The notes: generated by a model not told the origin, from the letters alone. A stretch of DNA of 64,000 nt from Escherichia coli (GCF_003334815.1 NZ_QOWO01000001.1); one strand, 5' to 3'; shown: positions 1 to 13,133, counted from the stretch's first letter. Translations and numbers: made by a program.

Positions 1-23
1 CTATCAGCGTTCAGTATTTATAA
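1..23 (+). CDS. gltF: 3' end of gltF, truncated by the window edge
   Basis: Frame 3 reads ISVQYL then stop. This matches the remembered GltF C-terminus and resembles the paralogous YhcF C-terminus (ISVVYL). Confidence 0.5.
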
Positions 24-194
24 GAACTTGTAATACAGTTTTTATTTTTACGCATTAACCAGTTAGCTATAACTCGGACAGATTATGCCCTATGACATGG
101 TCTGTCTTAATCAATCTCATCGCAAACAGTGCATAACATATATTAACAATATGTTTCTGCGTTATTTATCATTATTACAGGAGTTTTAATTTAA

Positions 195-869
195 ATGCTC
201 AGACACATTACATTCACTGTATTTATAACAACATCAATGAATACCTTAGCCACAGGGATGGTTCCTGAAACATCAGTATTGCTGGTTGATGAAAAGCGTG
301 GTGAAGCTAGTATTAATATTAAGAATACAGATGATCATCCTTCATTGCTTTACACCACCATTGTTGATTTGCCTGAAAGCAATAAATCAATTCGTTTAAT
401 CCCGACTCAGCCCGTTATTCGTGTTGAAGCCGGTCAAGTACAACAGGTTCGATTTTTACTTCAGGCGACTGTTCCTCTGCAATCAGAAGAGCTGAAACGC
501 GTAACGTTCGAAGGTATTCCACCAAAAGATGACAAGAGCAGCAGAGTTACTGTTTCAATTCGTCAGGATCTACCTGTACTGATCCACCCGGCTTCCCTGC
601 CGGAAGAGCGAGAGACCTGGAAATTCCTGGAATGGCGTAAAAATGGCGACCAAATTGAGATTAGCAACCCCAGTAATTATGTCGTTCGTATGACCTTACA
701 ATTTAAAACGCTCCCTTCAGGAAAAACGGGGGCTATAAATAAGACCTATTTTCTACCACACACCAGTACAACTACTGCATTAACAAACGCTACGGATACA
801 AAAGTCGAGTTTTACCCAGCCAGCCGATATGGTTATCGCGGTAATAAATATGTCACTGACTTAAAATAA
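195..869 (+). CDS. yhcA: Periplasmic pilus chaperone (PapD-like) of the yhc chaperone-usher cluster
   Basis: 224-aa ORF with signal-like N-terminus. It is the first gene of a chaperone/usher/subunit cluster and is recognised as E. coli YhcA. Confidence 0.9.
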   Translation: MLRHITFTVFITTSMNTLATGMVPETSVLLVDEKRGEASINIKNTDDHPSLLYTTIVDLPESNKSIRLIPTQPVIRVEAGQVQQVRFLLQATVPLQSEELKRVTFEGIPPKDDKSSRVTVSIRQDLPVLIHPASLPEERETWKFLEWRKNGDQIEISNPSNYVVRMTLQFKTLPSGKTGAINKTYFLPHTSTTTALTNATDTKVEFYPASRYGYRGNKYVTDLK

Positions 870-889
870 CTTTGCCTGGAGCGACAAGG

Positions 890-3271
890 ATGTTAAAAAA
901 AACGTTACTGGCCTACACCATTGGTTTTGCCTTTTCTCCCCCAGCCAATGCAGATGGTATAGAGATTGCCGCTGTTGATTTTGATCGGGAAACATTAAAA
1001 TCACTAGGTGTAGATCCTAATATATCGCATTATTTTTCCCGTTCAGCCCGTTTTTTGCCAGGTGAATATTCACTGATAGTATCAGTAAATGGCGAAAAAA
1101 AAGGCAACATTGCTACGCGCTTTGATGAAAATGGCGACATTTGTCTTGATCAGGCATTTCTGCAACAAGCCGGTTTAAAAATTCCTTCTGAAGAAAAAAA
1201 TGGCTGTTACGACTATATATTGTCCTACCCGGGTACCACAATCACACCATTACCTAACCAGGAAGCGTTAGATATTATCGTTTCACCACAGGCGATCATT
1301 CCCATAGGGTTGGATCTCACAAACGCAGCAACTGGTGGAACAGCTGCGCTGCTAAACTACTCTCTGATGAGCAGCCGTGCAGAATTTTCTAATGGGAGTT
1401 CGGACTACTCCCAGGCTGCACTTGAAGGTGGGATTAATATTAATGACTGGATGTTACGCAGCCATCAGTTCCTTACACAAACAAATGGCACATTCAGTAA
1501 CCAGAACTCGTCAACCTACCTTCAACGTACCTTTACAGATCTTAAAACACTCATGCGAGCAGGTGAAGTTAACCTCAATAATAGCGTGTTGGAAGGAGCC
1601 AGTATTTACGGTATCGAAATCGCACCGGACAACGCATTGCAAACCAGCGGCAGTGGTGTGCAAGTTACTGGTATAGCCAACACCTCTCAGGCTCGTGTCG
1701 AGATTCGTCAACAAGGAGTTTTAATTCATTCCATTCTGGTTCCTGCGGGCGCATTCACTATCCCTGATGTACCTGTTCGCAATGGTAATAGTGATCTTAA
1801 TGTCACCGTTGTCGAAACAGACGGTAGTTCGCACAACTATATTGTTCCCTCCACCCTGTTTAATCAGCATGTAGAAAGCTTCCAGGGTTATCGCTTCGCG
1901 ATAGGGCGGGTAGACGATGACTATGACGAATCACCTTGGGTAATTAGTGCATCGAGCGGATGGAATCTGACACGCTGGAGTGCAATGAACGGCGGCGTTA
2001 TCGTAGCAGAAAATTATCAGGCGGCATCAATCCGGTCGAGTCTGGTTCCCCTGCCCGATTTAACAGTGAGCAGCCAAATTAGTACATCGCAGGATACGAA
2101 AGACTCACTGCAAGGACAGAAATATCGTCTTGACGCGAACTACAATCTCCCATTTTCACTTGGGCTAACAACCAGCCTCACTCGATCTGATCGCCATTAT
2201 CGCGAACTGTCTGAAGCGATTGATGATGATTATACCGATCCGACTAAAAGCACTTATGCGCTTGGTTTAAACTGGTCTAACTCCATTCTGGGTGGTTTCA
2301 ACATCAGTGGCTATAAAACATATAGTTACGACGGTGACAATGACTCAAGCAACCTTAATATTAACTGGAACAAAGCGTTCAAACACGCCACGGTTTCCGT
2401 CAACTGGCAGCATCAACTTAGTGCTTCAGAAAATAATGAAGACGATGGTGATCTGTTCTACGTCAACATCAGTATTCCATTTGGCAGATCAAACACCGCC
2501 ACACTGTATACTCGCCATGACGATCATAAAACCCACTATGGTACTGGTGTCATGGGAGTCGTCTCAGATGAGATGTCCTACTATGTGAATGCTGAACGAG
2601 ATCACGACGAACGTGAAACGAGCTTGAACGGCAGTATCAGTTCCAATCTCCATTACACCCAAGTCAGCCTTGCCGCAGGAGCAAGCGGCAGTGATAGCCG
2701 TACTTACAACGGTACGATGTCAGGTGGTATTGCCGTACATGATCAGGGAGTGACCTTTTCACCGTGGACTATCAATGACACTTTCGCCATCGCAAAAATG
2801 GATAACAATATTGCAGGTGTCAGAATTACATCTCAGGCAGGCCCAGTATGGACAGATTTTCGGGGTAATGCCGTCATTCCATCAATCCAGCCGTGGCGAA
2901 CATCAGGAGTTGAGATCGATACCGCCAGCTTGCCAAAAAATGTCGATATCGGTAACGGCACAAAAATGATCAAACAAGGCCGTGGTGCAGTAGGGAAAGT
3001 CGGATTCAGTGCGATAACACAACGCCGTGCATTACTCAATATCACACTTTCCGACGGCAAAAAACTGCCCAGAGGCGTTGCGATTGAAGATAGTGAAGGC
3101 AACTATCTGACAACATCAGTGGATGACGGTGTTGTATTCCTCAATAACATCAAACCGGACATGGTGCTAGATATAAAAGATGAGCAGCAATCATGCCGTA
3201 TTCACCTTACATTCCCAGAAGATGCACCAAAAGATGTGTTCTATGAGACAGCAACAGGAGAGTGCCAATGA
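890..3271 (+). CDS. yhcD: Fimbrial outer-membrane usher
   Basis: The ORF track starts at TTG 872. ATG at 890 gives MLKKTLLAY... (793 aa), matching remembered YhcD. Size and C-terminal Cys pair are usher-like. Confidence 0.9.
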   Translation: MLKKTLLAYTIGFAFSPPANADGIEIAAVDFDRETLKSLGVDPNISHYFSRSARFLPGEYSLIVSVNGEKKGNIATRFDENGDICLDQAFLQQAGLKIPSEEKNGCYDYILSYPGTTITPLPNQEALDIIVSPQAIIPIGLDLTNAATGGTAALLNYSLMSSRAEFSNGSSDYSQAALEGGININDWMLRSHQFLTQTNGTFSNQNSSTYLQRTFTDLKTLMRAGEVNLNNSVLEGASIYGIEIAPDNALQTSGSGVQVTGIANTSQARVEIRQQGVLIHSILVPAGAFTIPDVPVRNGNSDLNVTVVETDGSSHNYIVPSTLFNQHVESFQGYRFAIGRVDDDYDESPWVISASSGWNLTRWSAMNGGVIVAENYQAASIRSSLVPLPDLTVSSQISTSQDTKDSLQGQKYRLDANYNLPFSLGLTTSLTRSDRHYRELSEAIDDDYTDPTKSTYALGLNWSNSILGGFNISGYKTYSYDGDNDSSNLNINWNKAFKHATVSVNWQHQLSASENNEDDGDLFYVNISIPFGRSNTATLYTRHDDHKTHYGTGVMGVVSDEMSYYVNAERDHDERETSLNGSISSNLHYTQVSLAAGASGSDSRTYNGTMSGGIAVHDQGVTFSPWTINDTFAIAKMDNNIAGVRITSQAGPVWTDFRGNAVIPSIQPWRTSGVEIDTASLPKNVDIGNGTKMIKQGRGAVGKVGFSAITQRRALLNITLSDGKKLPRGVAIEDSEGNYLTTSVDDGVVFLNNIKPDMVLDIKDEQQSCRIHLTFPEDAPKDVFYETATGECQ

Positions 3272-3813
3272 AACGGATAATAACAGGATGCCTGCTGCTG
3301 AACTTCGCCATGGCCGCTCAGGCAGAGTGTAATATCTCCAGTAGCATACAAAATATCGACTATGGCAAACGAAGTGCTGCCATGCGCCAAGTTGACCGGG
3401 GTAAAACAACACAATTAGCAGACAGAACAATCACGCTGGTAATGCAATGCGATCAGGACGCTCATATTCGTGTTCAGTTGAATACCGCTAATATTTCCAA
3501 CAACGGATTTGGATTTGGCCCGAATGGTTCATTAAATCTGATCGCCAGCGATGCATTTTCAGGTAGTAACAATCTCGACCTGGCGTTAGCCAGTGGCAAA
3601 AATGACAATCCGGGCAGCACAGGAACAGCATCAATTAGTACTTCCCCCAATAATTGGCTGGTGTTTATGCAAAATGGTCAAGAAGTGGTAATTGATAGCG
3701 GTAAAAGCGTTAGCCTCACACTGACAATGGCTCCAGCTTTTAAGGATGAAGGGGAACTAACCGACATGACAGATATTACAGGCAATCTGACGGTCCTGGT
3801 GGAGGCAAAATGA
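3268..3813 (+). CDS. yhcE: Putative fimbrial subunit-like protein, intact here
   Basis: ATG at 3268 (MKRIITGCLLLNFAMAAQA signal peptide). Overlaps the yhcD stop and is coupled to yhcF (ATGA overlap at 3810). Confidence 0.8.
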   Translation: MKRIITGCLLLNFAMAAQAECNISSSIQNIDYGKRSAAMRQVDRGKTTQLADRTITLVMQCDQDAHIRVQLNTANISNNGFGFGPNGSLNLIASDAFSGSNNLDLALASGKNDNPGSTGTASISTSPNNWLVFMQNGQEVVIDSGKSVSLTLTMAPAFKDEGELTDMTDITGNLTVLVEAK

Positions 3814-4526
3814 ACAATGTAAAATTACTGATTGCCGGAAGTGCCTTTTTTGCCATGTCAGCGCAAGCCGCTGATAGAGTATCAATTGACGTTAAGGTGA
3901 CTCTGGAAGCTGCAGCTTGTACTCCAATACTAAGCAACGGCGGAGTTGTTAACTTCGGTAGTCATTCAGTCAATAGACTTTCAACGCAGCACTACACACA
4001 GATTGGAACACGTAATATTAATATGACTATAACTTGCGAATCCGCTACCGGCATTGCGATTACCGCTCGTGATACACGAATGGATAGTATGACCACCGGA
4101 AAAGATAGTGGGGGTCAGAGTGGTGTAAAATATACCTTAAATGGCGGAGGTTATATTAGCCAGACAACGCGCTTATTCGGCTTAGGGAAAACAAAAGATA
4201 ATAAAAATATCGGTAGTTATGCCGTGTTAATTGATAGCAACAACATTAGTGCCAGCAATGGTAGCCAGACGTTAGCTGTATCAATAGCAGGTGCAGATGC
4301 CGTCATAACAGGGCAAAAAAGAGCATGGCAAACGCTCACCGCTTATCCGCTTGCAGTCGATCAAAGCTATTATTACACCTTTGTAAAACCAGGTGAAACA
4401 ACCCCAACTCCTGTAACGAACGCCATTATACCGCTTCAGGTGAGCGCATCTATCGCGAATGATTTAGGCGGTTCAGAAAAAATCGAACTTGATGGGAAAG
4501 CTGTGATAAGCGTAGTCTACTTGTGA
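3810..4526 (+). CDS. yhcF: GltF-family periplasmic/fimbrial-like protein
   Basis: 238-aa ORF with signal peptide. The C-terminus ISVVYL parallels GltF. Confidence 0.85.
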   Translation: MNNVKLLIAGSAFFAMSAQAADRVSIDVKVTLEAAACTPILSNGGVVNFGSHSVNRLSTQHYTQIGTRNINMTITCESATGIAITARDTRMDSMTTGKDSGGQSGVKYTLNGGGYISQTTRLFGLGKTKDNKNIGSYAVLIDSNNISASNGSQTLAVSIAGADAVITGQKRAWQTLTAYPLAVDQSYYYTFVKPGETTPTPVTNAIIPLQVSASIANDLGGSEKIELDGKAVISVVYL

Positions 4527-4710
4527 TAACAATGCCGGACAGGAGTACTATCAGGCATTCGTTTTATACGATCGGTTAATGTTTCAGGAAAGCTCTTCGC
4601 ATATCTTGGGGAAAGTAAATGTAATACGCTGTTCTTAATTGTTCAGTGCTCACCCCCCAGAGTATAGCTCATTCCATTATTCAACTTAGCTCCATATAAA
4701 GGGACAGATA

Positions 4711-5838
4711 ATGGAATCGCTCTCAGAAGGAACCACAGCAGGCTACCAGCAAATCCACGACGGTATTATTCATCTGGTCGATAGCGCCCGGACGGAAACG
4801 GTACGTAGCGTTAACGCGTTAATGACCGCGACGTACCAGGAAATTGGCCGACGAATTGTCGAATTTGAACAAGGTGGCGAGGCCAGGGCTGCGTATGGTG
4901 CGCAGCTAATCAAGCGACTATCAAAGGATTTATGTCTAAGGTATAAGCGTGGGTTCTCTGCAAAAAACTTACGCCAAATGAGGCTTTTTTACCTCTTTTT
5001 TCAACATGTTGAAATTCGCCAGACAATGTCTGGCGAATTAACACCATTGGGAATTCCGCAGACACCGTCTGCAGAATTCCCATCGGCAAAGATTTGGCAG
5101 ACGCTGTCTGCCAAATCTTTCCCCTTGCCCAGGTCCACCTACGTCCGTTTACTTTCCGTTAAAAACGCTGACGCCCGCAGCTTTTATGAAAAAGAGACGC
5201 TCCGCTGTGGCTGGTCTGTTCGCCAGCTAGAGCGGCAAATTGCGACCCAGTTTTATGAGCGGACACTACTGTCACATGACAAATCAGCCATGCTGCAACA
5301 ACACGCTCCTGCCGAGACGCATATTCTTCCGCAACAGGCGATACGCGATCCCTTTGTGCTCGAATTTCTGGAATTGAAAGATGAATATTCAGAATCCGAT
5401 TTTGAGGAGGCGCTGATCAACCACCTGATGGATTTCATGCTGGAACTTGGGGATGATTTTGCCTTTGTTGGTCGGCAGCGAAGGTTACGCATTGATGACA
5501 ACTGGTTTCGTGTCGATCTGCTGTTTTTCCACCGCCGTTTACGCTGCCTGCTAATCGTCGATCTAAAAGTGGGCAAATTCAGCTATAGCGATGCCGGACA
5601 GATGAATATGTATCTCAACTACGCCAAAGAGCACTGGACGCTACCGGATGAAAATCCGCCCATCGGTCTGGTTCTCTGTGCAGAGAAAGGAGCCGGAGAA
5701 GCGCATTATGCTCTGGCAGGTTTGCCTAACACCGTTCTGGCAAGCGAATATAAGATGCAACTACCTGATGAGAAACGACTCGCAGATGAACTCGTTCGAA
5801 CACAGGCGGTGCTAGAGGAAGGCTATAGACGCCGTTAA
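4711..5838 (+). CDS. yhcG: DUF1016 / PD-(D/E)XK nuclease-superfamily protein
   Basis: 375-aa ORF recognised as YhcG. The C-terminal half has a D...(D/E)xK-like core (IVDLKVGK). Confidence 0.85.
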   Translation: MESLSEGTTAGYQQIHDGIIHLVDSARTETVRSVNALMTATYQEIGRRIVEFEQGGEARAAYGAQLIKRLSKDLCLRYKRGFSAKNLRQMRLFYLFFQHVEIRQTMSGELTPLGIPQTPSAEFPSAKIWQTLSAKSFPLPRSTYVRLLSVKNADARSFYEKETLRCGWSVRQLERQIATQFYERTLLSHDKSAMLQQHAPAETHILPQQAIRDPFVLEFLELKDEYSESDFEEALINHLMDFMLELGDDFAFVGRQRRLRIDDNWFRVDLLFFHRRLRCLLIVDLKVGKFSYSDAGQMNMYLNYAKEHWTLPDENPPIGLVLCAEKGAGEAHYALAGLPNTVLASEYKMQLPDEKRLADELVRTQAVLEEGYRRR

Positions 5839-5897
5839 TTTCAGCGGTTTCGAATTCTGCAGACAGTGTCTGCAGAATCTTTAAAACGAACTAAGTT

Positions 5898-7230
<1,333 letters not shown>

Positions 7231-7234
<4 letters not shown>

Positions 7235-7920
7235 AGCACCGCCTTTTTCATCGCTGTGTTGTACCACTGACAAATGTGCTCAAGACGCGTGATTGCAGAA
7301 CCGACCGTCACCGCCCACGCGCCGTGGCGCATCGCATCCGCCGCCTGAGCAGGCGTGTTGTAACGCCCTTCGGCAATCACCCGACATCCGGCGTCGCTCA
7401 ACGTTTTCACCAGCGCCAGATCCGGCTCTTCTGGCGTTTCAGGCGTGGTATAGCCAGAAAGCGTAGTGCCAATAATTTCGGCTCCCAGCTTTTGGCATGC
7501 CAGGCCGTCTTCCGGCGTTGAGCAGTCGGTCATCGCCAGTAAACCGTGATGGTGAATACGTGCCAGCAGCGTTTCAACAGGCACCGGACGCGGGCGGTCG
7601 GTGCCGTCAATGGCGATAATGTCCGCGCCCGCCTGCGCCAGCGCATCAACATCTTCAATATAGGCCGTGATGCGTACCGGAGAATCCTCCAGATCGCGTT
7701 TCACAATTCCAATAATCGGCACGCTCACCACCGCACGCGTGGCTTGCAGATTTGCCACACCTTCAATGCGAATGGCAACCGCGCCCGCCTGTTCTGCCGC
7801 TAATGCCATGGCGGCGACGATTTCGGGTTTATCGAGCGGGCTGTCCGGAACCGGCTGGCAGGAGACAATCAGGCCACCGTTAGCAGCGATTTTTTGATCC
7901 AGTTGTGCAAGTAACGACAT
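7231..7920 (-). CDS. nanE: N-acetylmannosamine-6-phosphate 2-epimerase
   Basis: ATG at 7920 gives [17 protein letters not shown]... (229 aa), recognised as NanE. Confidence 0.95.
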
Positions 7921-7967
7921 ACATCTTCCCTTAGCGAAAGGCCCGGTACATAGACCGGGCAACAGGA

Positions 7968-9458
7968 TTAACTTTTGGTTTTGACTAAATCGTTTTTGGC
8001 GCTGCCAAACGGCACGGCACCGCTGAATGGTTTACCGTCGATAGCGTCATGAGTACGCAACGCTTCCGGGCGCAACCAACGCTGAACGCGAGAAGGCATA
8101 TCCAGCCCAATCAGCAGGATCACCACGAACGTCAGACTGAACGAGAGCGATGCCAGCGCAGTACCCAGATCCAGACGTTGAGCGATCAACGCGCCGATGA
8201 TTGGGGCCAGTGCACCGCCCAATGCGCCAACGTTGTAGGTAAAGCCCAGGCCCGCTGCACGCTGGTCGGTATCGAAATAACCGCCAATCAGTTTTGGTAA
8301 GATCCCGGCGATCCCTTGTCCAAGCATTTGCTGGAAGAACAGTAACAGACCGAGCACCCAGACGTTTGCGCCGCCAATCGCAAATACCGGAATAATCAGC
8401 AGCTGCGAGGCCAGCAGGCTACAAACGTACGCTTTGCGGGTTCCCAGCCAGTCACCGAGGAAGCCACCTACGCAGCATCCCACCGCCGCGCCAAAGCCAC
8501 TAAAGAACAGCACATTGGCTACAGTATGCGGGTTATAAGCCAGATCGGTTTTCAGATACGTTGGCAGCAGCGCCTGAATCGGCCATGAGTAGAGGAAAGC
8601 AAACAACACGACCACCATCAGCATTACGCCCGTTGGCCAGCGTTTGCCTGTACTCTGCACCATAAAGCTGATAAAGATTGCGGCGCATAACAGCCCAAGA
8701 ACAGCGACGATCGCGGCATTTTGCAGGTTACCGGCGAAGCAGAACCACAGCGCAGTAGCCGCCGCCAGTGTCATTACGATATTGGCAATGCGATGTTCAC
8801 CACGGTAGAGAATATCCACCATTGTGCGTACTGGTGCTTTACCTGCGTGTTTCTCTTTCCAGTCTTCCGCTTCCGGGATGTTTTTACGCAGCCAGAGAGC
8901 AAAGATGATTGGCAAAATGCCGATAAAGAACAGCGCACGCCAGCCCCAGACCGGAACCACCAGGCTATAGACCTGAGCGGCAACGACGGCCCCCACAGAG
9001 AAGCCTGAAATCAAAAAACCACTGGCTTTGTTACGCAGATGTTTTGGCCAGCTTTCAATGACATAGGTGGCGCTGGAACCGTATTCACCCGCCATCCCCA
9101 TGCCGATGGCCAGACGAGCGATAAACATGGTGATGTAGCCTGGCGCAAAGCCGCAGGCCAGCGTCCCGGCCGAGAAGAGAACGATGCTGGTGACCATTGC
9201 CAGACGACGCCCGTAGCGGTCACCCATAGCGCCGAGCATCAGGCCGCCGAACCAGCGAGAGATAAAGGCTGCAGAGATCAGACTTGCCGCCTGCACCGTC
9301 GTCAGCCCGAATTCACCTTGTACTTCGGTGAGTACCAGGGCGATTAAAACGAAATCAAAACCGTCAAGCAGATATCCCAACCAGGCAGCGGAAAATGCGC
9401 GCCATTGTGCACGGTTGAGATGGCGATACCACGGGATATTCTGGGTTGTAGTACTCAT
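7968..9458 (-). CDS. nanT: Sialic acid:H+ symporter (MFS)
   Basis: ATG at 9458 gives [15 protein letters not shown]... (496 aa). Multi-TM MFS profile. Confidence 0.95.
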
Positions 9459-9529
9459 TGTGAGTCTCCCGCGGTGGGCGATGCCCACACGCTTTGGTAT
9501 GAAAATTGTAGGGTACAGATGCGTTTATT

Positions 9530-9561
9530 TCCCCTCACCCGGTAGGGGCGAGCGAGGGGAA
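9530..9561. repeat. GC-rich intergenic palindromic repeat (boxC-like)
   Basis: CCCCTCACCCGGTAGGGGCGAGCGAGGGGA between nanT and nanA. A related unit occurs at 27376-27416. Confidence 0.4.
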
Positions 9562-9566
9562 ACAAC

Positions 9567-10460
9567 TCACCCGCGCTCTTGCATCAACTGCTGGGCCAGC
9601 GCCTTCAGTTCTGGCAGATATTTTTCATCTACCGGTCCAAACGGTTTGCGGCACAGCGGCACAGAAACGACATCCATATAATGGAGGACAGTTTTCAGGC
9701 CGCGGAATACGCCCGTTTTGATCAGTAAATCAATGACTTTATTGCATTCAGTTTGCAGTTTCTGCGCGGTCTGGATATCGCCTTCTTTCAGCGCCTTAAC
9801 GATCCCCTGATAGCGCCAGCCCATGATGTTGTAGGTACTGCCGATACCACCATCAGCGCCCGCCAGCAGACCAGAGGCGAAGATTTCGTCGTAACCGTTA
9901 TAGAGCACAAGATCAGGATGTTCACGACGGATCTGCTCCATCTGATAGAGATCGCCAGAGGTCTGTTTCAGCGCACCTACGCCAGGCAATGTAACAAGTG
10001 TGTTGATCTGATCCAGGGTCAGTTTTACCCCACTCAGGGCTGGAATGTTGTACACCACCATCGGCAAACCATCCGCCGAATCAATAATTGCCCGATAGTG
10101 ATCGCAGTGTTCTTCAAAGCTGAAAGGATAGTAGAACGGCGTGACGGCGGAGACGGCATCGAAGCCATAACGTTTAGCCGATGCCGCAAGTTGTTGGCTT
10201 TCGGCGGTGCTGACGCAACCGACGTGGGCGATGAGTTTAATCTTACCTTTCGCCTCTTCGGCGACGATTTCCAGTACCTGTTCACGCTCGGAAAGGCTTT
10301 GTACAAAGGCCTCGCCGGTCGAACCACCCACGTATAAACCGTCGATGCCCTGCTGAATATTGAACTGAACCAGGCGACGCAGACTCGCTTTATCCAGTGC
10401 TTGTTGTTGGTCAAAAGGAGTCAGGAGTGCAGCCATTACGCCACGTAAATTCGTTGCCAT
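9567..10460 (-). CDS. nanA: N-acetylneuraminate lyase
   Basis: 297-aa [19 protein letters not shown]..., recognised as NanA (DHDPS-family aldolase). Confidence 0.97.
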
Positions 10461-10495
10461 AAATACCTCTGAAGTGATGCTTGTCTGATAAATGA

Positions 10496-10518
10496 TATAC
10501 CTTTATACCTGTTATACC
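10496..10518 (-). promoter_or_regulatory. NanR operator: three GGTATA repeats upstream of nanA
   Basis: The plus strand reads TATACC tt TATACC tgt TATACC, i.e. GGTATA x3 on the nanA strand. This is the known NanR operator architecture. Confidence 0.75.
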
Positions 10519-10581
10519 AGATCAATTAAGCAACACCCCATACAGAAAGCTTATAATGCGATCTGCTTCACTAAAGTGGCA

Positions 10582-11373
10582 TTATTTCTTTTTGTTGGTG
10601 GTCTGACCGAAAGCGTGCCAGGTAGCAGAGACGCTGTTGAGATGCGATTGCAACGCACGATCGGCTTCGTCAGGATCATGACGGCGGATCGCATCAACGA
10701 TCGCAATATGCTGTTGATAACTAACGTTGTTATGTTCGTGCAGTGCCTGATCGGTAACCGTTGGGCGTGCGGCAATAAGCCAGTCGAGCAGGGCAACGTG
10801 GATCGCCATGAAGATTGGGTTACCGGGGATCTCCGCCAGCACGCGGTGGAAATCAACGTCTGAACGAATGAATGCCGCGTTGTTATCCAGCGACTGACTG
10901 TTGATTTCCAGTGCTTTTGCCAGCAAATCGATTTGCTCATCGGTGGCATGTTCAGCCGCATAGCGCACCAGACTGGATTCAAAGAACAGACGTAATTGTT
11001 CGAAATGGGCAATCCCACCGGGATGAGAAAGGAAATCTTTCGCCATGCCGGAAAGCTCACCGATGATAGTGTCCGCAGAAGGACGCGAGACGCGAGCGCG
11101 TTCGCCGTTGTTTATTTGCACCAGACCTTTGCGTTTTAACGCTGCCAGCGCTTCACGCACCGAAGGACGCCCGACGTTAAAGAACGCCATCAGTTCGCGT
11201 TCAGACGGTAATTGTTCACCTTCTCCAAATTCACGACGGCGGATCATCTGTTCCAGCTCTTCTTCCACCATTTCGGAGAGTTTTTTACGCGCCAGCGGGC
11301 GGCTACGCAAGTTGCGACCAATTGCAGGTGAAGAATCTTCGGTTTGCGAATCAAATGCGTTCATAAGGCCCAT
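10582..11373 (-). CDS. nanR: GntR/FadR-family repressor of sialic acid catabolism
   Basis: 263-aa ORF recognised as NanR, with an N-terminal wHTH ([20 protein letters not shown]). Confidence 0.95.
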
Positions 11374-11752
11374 TCTGTAAGGTCAGTGTGATTAACATCA
11401 TCAGTGACATCCTATCACAGGATTGAAAGTAGGGGAAAATGGCAGGGTTTTCTCTTTGTGCCTCATCATTACCATAATTAACGGAATAATTAACTATTGC
11501 GAAAAATTAATGTAACGCAGATAAAAACATCCCGTTTGAATTATTTATAAGACTATTCACGAGCATTATGAATATTATGAATGTGTTCTTACAAAATAAT
11601 CATAAGCGCATATTTTTTAATGAAAAATCACCTCACCTACAATTAAAAACACGACATCCGCACCATAAATAGCCTTGCAAAAAATATAACATCGTTGTTT
11701 TCAATCTGCCGTTTATGGGATTGACCGTTTTCTTTTGACACGGAGTTCAACA

Positions 11753-13120
11753 ATGTTCGGCATAATTATATCTGTCATCGTATTAATTACGATGGGCTAT
11801 TTGATCCTGAAAAACTACAAACCTCAGGTGGTGCTGGCTGCCGCAGGTATCTTCCTGATGATGTGCGGTGTCTGGTTAGGGTTCGGTGGTGTACTCGATC
11901 CCACCAAAAGCAGCGGCTACTTGATCGTCGATATTTATAATGAAATCCTGCGCATGCTGTCCAACCGCATTGCCGGATTGGGGCTGTCGATTATGGCGGT
12001 GGGCGGTTATGCCCGCTACATGGAGCGCATAGGGGCCAGTCGCGCGATGGTGAGCTTGTTAAGCCGCCCGTTAAAACTCATTCGCTCGCCGTATATTATT
12101 CTGTCGGCAACTTACGTCATCGGCCAAATCATGGCGCAGTTTATTACCAGCGCCTCCGGTCTGGGTATGTTGCTGATGGTCACCTTATTTCCGACGCTGG
12201 TGAGTCTGGGAGTAAGTCGTCTCTCTGCGGTGGCAGTTATCGCAACCACGATGTCCATTGAGTGGGGGATTCTGGAAACGAACTCCATTTTTGCTGCCCA
12301 GGTAGCGGGAATGAAAATTGCCACATACTTCTTCCACTACCAGCTTCCGGTCGCCTCTTGCGTCATTATCTCGGTGGCGATCTCCCACTTTTTCGTGCAA
12401 CGCGCTTTTGACAAAAAAGATAAAAATATCAATCACGAACAGGCAGAGCAAAAAGCTCTCGATAATGTCCCGCCGCTCTATTACGCCATTTTACCTGTGA
12501 TGCCGTTAATCCTGATGCTCGGCTCGCTGTTCCTCGCCCACGTCGGGCTGATGCAGTCAGAACTGCATCTGGTGGTGGTGATGTTACTGAGTTTGACTGT
12601 GACGATGTTTGTTGAGTTCTTCCGCAAGCATAACTTGCGCGAAACAATGGACGATGTGCAGGCGTTTTTTGACGGCATGGGTACGCAGTTTGCCAACGTG
12701 GTAACGCTGGTGGTCGCGGGTGAAATATTTGCGAAAGGCTTAACGACGATTGGCACTGTCGATGCGGTTATCAGGGGGGCGGAGCATTCTGGTCTGGGCG
12801 GTATTGGCGTGATGATTATTATGGCGCTGGTCATTGCCATTTGTGCCATTGTGATGGGCTCTGGCAATGCGCCGTTTATGTCATTTGCCAGTCTTATTCC
12901 GAATATCGCAGCCGGACTACATGTACCAGCGGTTGTAATGATTATGCCGATGCATTTTGCCACGACGCTAGCGCGCGCGGTTTCGCCGATTACTGCGGTG
13001 GTGGTCGTTACGTCAGGAATTGCAGGCGTTTCGCCTTTTGCGGTGGTGAAGCGGACAGCGATCCCCATGGCAGTCGGTTTCGTGGTGAATATGATTGCCA
13101 CAATCACGCTATTTTATTAA
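11753..13120 (+). CDS. dcuD: Anaerobic C4-dicarboxylate transporter DcuC-family protein
   Basis: ATG at 11753 gives [12 protein letters not shown]... (455 aa). Polytopic membrane protein. Confidence 0.9.
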
Positions 13121-13133
13121 GTCATTAAAAAGA

